The notes below the pieces were generated by a model. That model was not told the DNA's origin and searched no databases. It was given only the letters and a program-made list of their open reading frames with translations. Below are positions 36,929 through 39,177 of a DNA stretch of 39,177 nucleotides, one piece after another. This stretch comes from a virus (lineage: Duplodnaviria > Caudoviricetes). The stretch spans positions 1 through 39,177 of IMG/VR virus record IMGVR_UViG_3300033155_001846, one strand, 5' to 3'. Position 1 is the first letter of the stretch; each line of letters begins with the position of its first letter. The position numbers were made by a program, and so were the translations under genes.

Positions 36929-36950
36929 ATATACTTAAAATATACTTAAA
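36929..36950. repeat. Tandem 11-mer ATATACTTAAA x2, putative integrase arm-type sites
   Basis: Related TACTTA sites at 36718-36738 on the other side of the core. Confidence 0.55.
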
Positions 36951-37242
36951 GTCCCCCCTTTTTTTCCAAGAGCCAGTCATCTTTTCCGCAAAAAAATAAT
37001 AAATATCTAAGCTTTCAATAATTCCTTGTCACGGGGGTATCTCTAAAAAAAACAACACTTCATTCAAAAAAAGAATAAAAAAAAAGAAACAGCATTCTAG
37101 ATATTCCTATCTCGAAAAATACCCCTTGATTTTATATGGATATCCTGAGCATCCATAAGAAACAAATTGATCCATATCAACTTCTTCATTAGGCGCTAAA
37201 GGCTTAATTAGTCCCCCTTCCCCCTACAAAAAAAAGTGATTT

Positions 37243-37554
37243 ATGAACAACAGCATAATATTAGCGATAGCTCTTACTGCCCCCCTTTTGATCGGTTCGT
37301 TATCAGCGGACGCCAATAGACCCCCTATGCCTTCAGGCATGGCGGCCAGCCACGCCAACTCAGACTGCCCTGGTAACAACAAGGGTAAAACAGCCAAAAA
37401 TAAAAAAAGGAGATGCACCAACATGAAAAACGAGGCCCAGAGTGACTGCACGCTACACAATGTGCTTATGGGGATTGACGATGATAAGGCGAAAGAAAAC
37501 TGTTACATAAGGTCACAAAAGGTCTTCCATGCCTGCATGTCGAGAAAACCATGA
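37243..37554 (+). CDS. Secreted Cys-containing hypothetical protein
   Basis: Signal peptide MNNSIILAIALTAPLLIGSLSADA; 5 Cys. Confidence 0.6.
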   Translation: MNNSIILAIALTAPLLIGSLSADANRPPMPSGMAASHANSDCPGNNKGKTAKNKKRRCTNMKNEAQSDCTLHNVLMGIDDDKAKENCYIRSQKVFHACMSRKP

Positions 37555-37943
37555 GAGACAGCAGGGTGATAGCGGAGCGAACGATTCTTTTTTCTGAAAA
37601 AAACAGCGAAGCAAAAAAGCCGTTAACGATAAGGATATTTGCTCCAGTAAAAATAATTGAAGATAGACGGGGGGGGTACCTATACGCTGGCGATTACGAG
37701 TGCATTGTTGAATTCAGTGAAATACTCGATAGCTATGAATGTCACGGAGAGAATGAGATACAGGCTGTTTTTTTCGCCTCAGATATAAGACATGCACTAA
37801 TGGGGCTAACTGATGAATATGATTTTTTTTTCCTCGAATCAAAAAAGCCACTTTTTGATAAAGAAGGCACGCCTAAAGAAATAAACGAAGAACTTGGTGA
37901 AAAAAAAAGAATTAAAAAAAACGATGATAAAAACAGAGGATAA
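37551..37943 (+). CDS. DUF6968-like protein
   Basis: VIAER.I......IRIFAP...YEC.VEF...GENEIQA; paralog of the next gene. Confidence 0.55.
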   Translation: MRDSRVIAERTILFSEKNSEAKKPLTIRIFAPVKIIEDRRGGYLYAGDYECIVEFSEILDSYECHGENEIQAVFFASDIRHALMGLTDEYDFFFLESKKPLFDKEGTPKEINEELGEKKRIKKNDDKNRG

Positions 37944-37944
37944 T

Positions 37945-38355
37945 ATGAAGGTAGAAGCACCTGTAGCAGAAAGAGAGATCACCGTCCTTATCAAAAAGAC
38001 AGGTGAATATAAAAAAGTGAATATACGAATCGGCGCACCGTCCCAGATGAGACCAGTTAGCCTTATTGGTTGCGACGTTGACTGGGGATGGCTGGCTAAC
38101 AAGGAAGCCGGCCCCATATTTTTACCTTCACGCTGTTATGGGAAAGATTCAATTCATGCTATTCGCAATGCAACAGACATATGCGCTTACTTAGATGTAA
38201 CAAGGGATCTATACGATTATTTTCTTCCTTCGGGTGAGCCTCTTTTTGACGCCAGTACTGATTTTGACAGAACAAAAAAAGAGGTGGAGTTGCTGAGAAA
38301 CATAAAGCAACGACTCATCAAGCTGGAGGCGGCTATGCATCAGCCGGAAGATTAA
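37945..38355 (+). CDS. DUF6968-like protein
   Basis: VAEREI...VNIRIGAP...GCDVDW...YGKDSIHAI; start revised to ATG 37945 after GAGG. Confidence 0.55.
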   Translation: MKVEAPVAEREITVLIKKTGEYKKVNIRIGAPSQMRPVSLIGCDVDWGWLANKEAGPIFLPSRCYGKDSIHAIRNATDICAYLDVTRDLYDYFLPSGEPLFDASTDFDRTKKEVELLRNIKQRLIKLEAAMHQPED

Positions 38356-38365
38356 AATTTGATAC

Positions 38366-38650
38366 TTACGTTAGAGCGGTAATCTTGTAGTCTCTATCCC
38401 AATCAATTCTGGCCATGAAATAGCCCTCAGAGGTATTAGGGTGAAAGCCATTAACGAGAGCGAGCTTTCCGTTGTACCTAACTAATGACCAGATTCTGTG
38501 GTTCTTATAGGGGTCATGCTTTCCATCATCCAGCTGATTAATAAATACAGAATCAAACATACAACATCTGAAGCCATAAGCCGAGTCGGATTGGGGTCGT
38601 TCGGGGTTTCTAATGGGTTGAAAATAGCTAATCCATTCTGTCATTGTCAT
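38366..38650 (-). CDS. Hypothetical protein, tandem paralog copy B
   Basis: Highly similar to 38789-39073 (FQPIRNPERPQSD, IWSL, LVNGFHPN). Confidence 0.8.
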   Translation of the reverse strand: MTMTEWISYFQPIRNPERPQSDSAYGFRCCMFDSVFINQLDDGKHDPYKNHRIWSLVRYNGKLALVNGFHPNTSEGYFMARIDWDRDYKITALT

Positions 38651-38723
38651 TTTATTATCTCCAATATTCTGTCAGGGGGGGGAAATGATGGAGTTATATA
38701 TAAATGATAATGAGAAAAAAACG
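38641..38723. repeat. 83-bp exact copy of the upstream regulatory region of the paralog pair
   Basis: Identical to 1-83 and 39064-39146. Confidence 0.95.
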
Positions 38724-38788
38724 TAGAGCAAGCAGCCCGCATTGCAGACAGTAGTGAGGTAGCTATGGAAAAAAACCTATGGAAAAAA

Positions 38789-39073
38789 CTACAGCAGGGA
38801 CGTAATTCTGTACTCTCTGTTCCAATCAATTCTGGCCATAAAAAAGCCTTCGGCATTGTTGGGGTGAAACCCATTAACTAGAACGAGCTTTCCGTCATAC
38901 TTAATTAGTGACCATATTTTATGATTTTCGTAAGGGTCACGATCTTCAGCAGCAGACTGATCAAGACAGACAGTATCAAACATGAAGCGTCTAAAACCAT
39001 AGGCCGTATCGGATTGAGGGCGTTCGGGGTTTCTAATGGGCTGAAAATCATCTAACCATTCGTTCATTGTCAT
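38789..39073 (-). CDS. Hypothetical protein, tandem paralog copy A
   Basis: GGAG RBS; paralog of 38366-38650. Confidence 0.8.
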   Translation of the reverse strand: MTMNEWLDDFQPIRNPERPQSDTAYGFRRFMFDTVCLDQSAAEDRDPYENHKIWSLIKYDGKLVLVNGFHPNNAEGFFMARIDWNREYRITSLL

Positions 39074-39177
39074 TTTATTATCTCCAATATTCTGTCAGGG
39101 GGGGGAAATGATGGAGTTATATATAAATGATAATGAGAAAAAAACGAAAGTCAATTATATTTGGTGAGAGAACGCCC
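39064..39177. repeat. 114-bp terminal direct repeat, right copy
   Basis: Identical to 1-114. Confidence 0.95.

Larger units (their letters stand above)
1..39177. mobile_element. Temperate podovirus-like phage genome, apparently complete and circular (unit length ~39063 bp)
   Basis: Terminase, portal, capsid, tail, integrase and att-like tRNA fragment are all present; 1-114 is identical to 39064-39177. Confidence 0.9.

Noticed and set aside
37030-37128. GGGGTAT/ATACCCC inverted repeat as a MITE
   Set aside because: Only a ~7-bp match and no target-site duplication seen.

Overview
The window looks like a complete ~39 kb temperate phage genome, probably from a proteobacterial host; identical 114-bp ends suggest a circular assembly. 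It is a mosaic of several modules. (i) A minus-strand podovirus-type virion module: P22-like TerL, head-tail connector portal, scaffold, capsid, tail tubular A/B, five internal virion proteins and three modular tail fibres. (ii) A lambdoid-style control and early region: divergent cI-like/cro-like genes, NinG-like, Q-like, SSB-like, exonuclease, Xis, a tyrosine integrase, and an att core matching the 3' half of tRNA-Asn. (iii) An inverted ardA-containing anti-defence-like operon. (iv) Moron genes. The main unexplained signal is a candidate ~68-nt minus-strand small RNA (~27712-27779) with its own extended -10 promoter and intrinsic terminator. Its hairpin is perfectly complementary over 11-14 nt to an AAGAGGCT(ATTC) element in the ribosome-binding sites of four genes of the ardA operon, the downstream HTH gene and the integrase, suggesting a multi-target antisense silencing circuit. 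Other notable features are a C5-methyltransferase with an overprinted second subunit, a nested CBM-like insertion in the tail nozzle, a Zn-finger insertion in ArdA, a recurring CGAC-N7-GACA operator-like motif, and no recognisable lysis or replication enzymes. All product calls come from reading motifs by eye; no database search was run.
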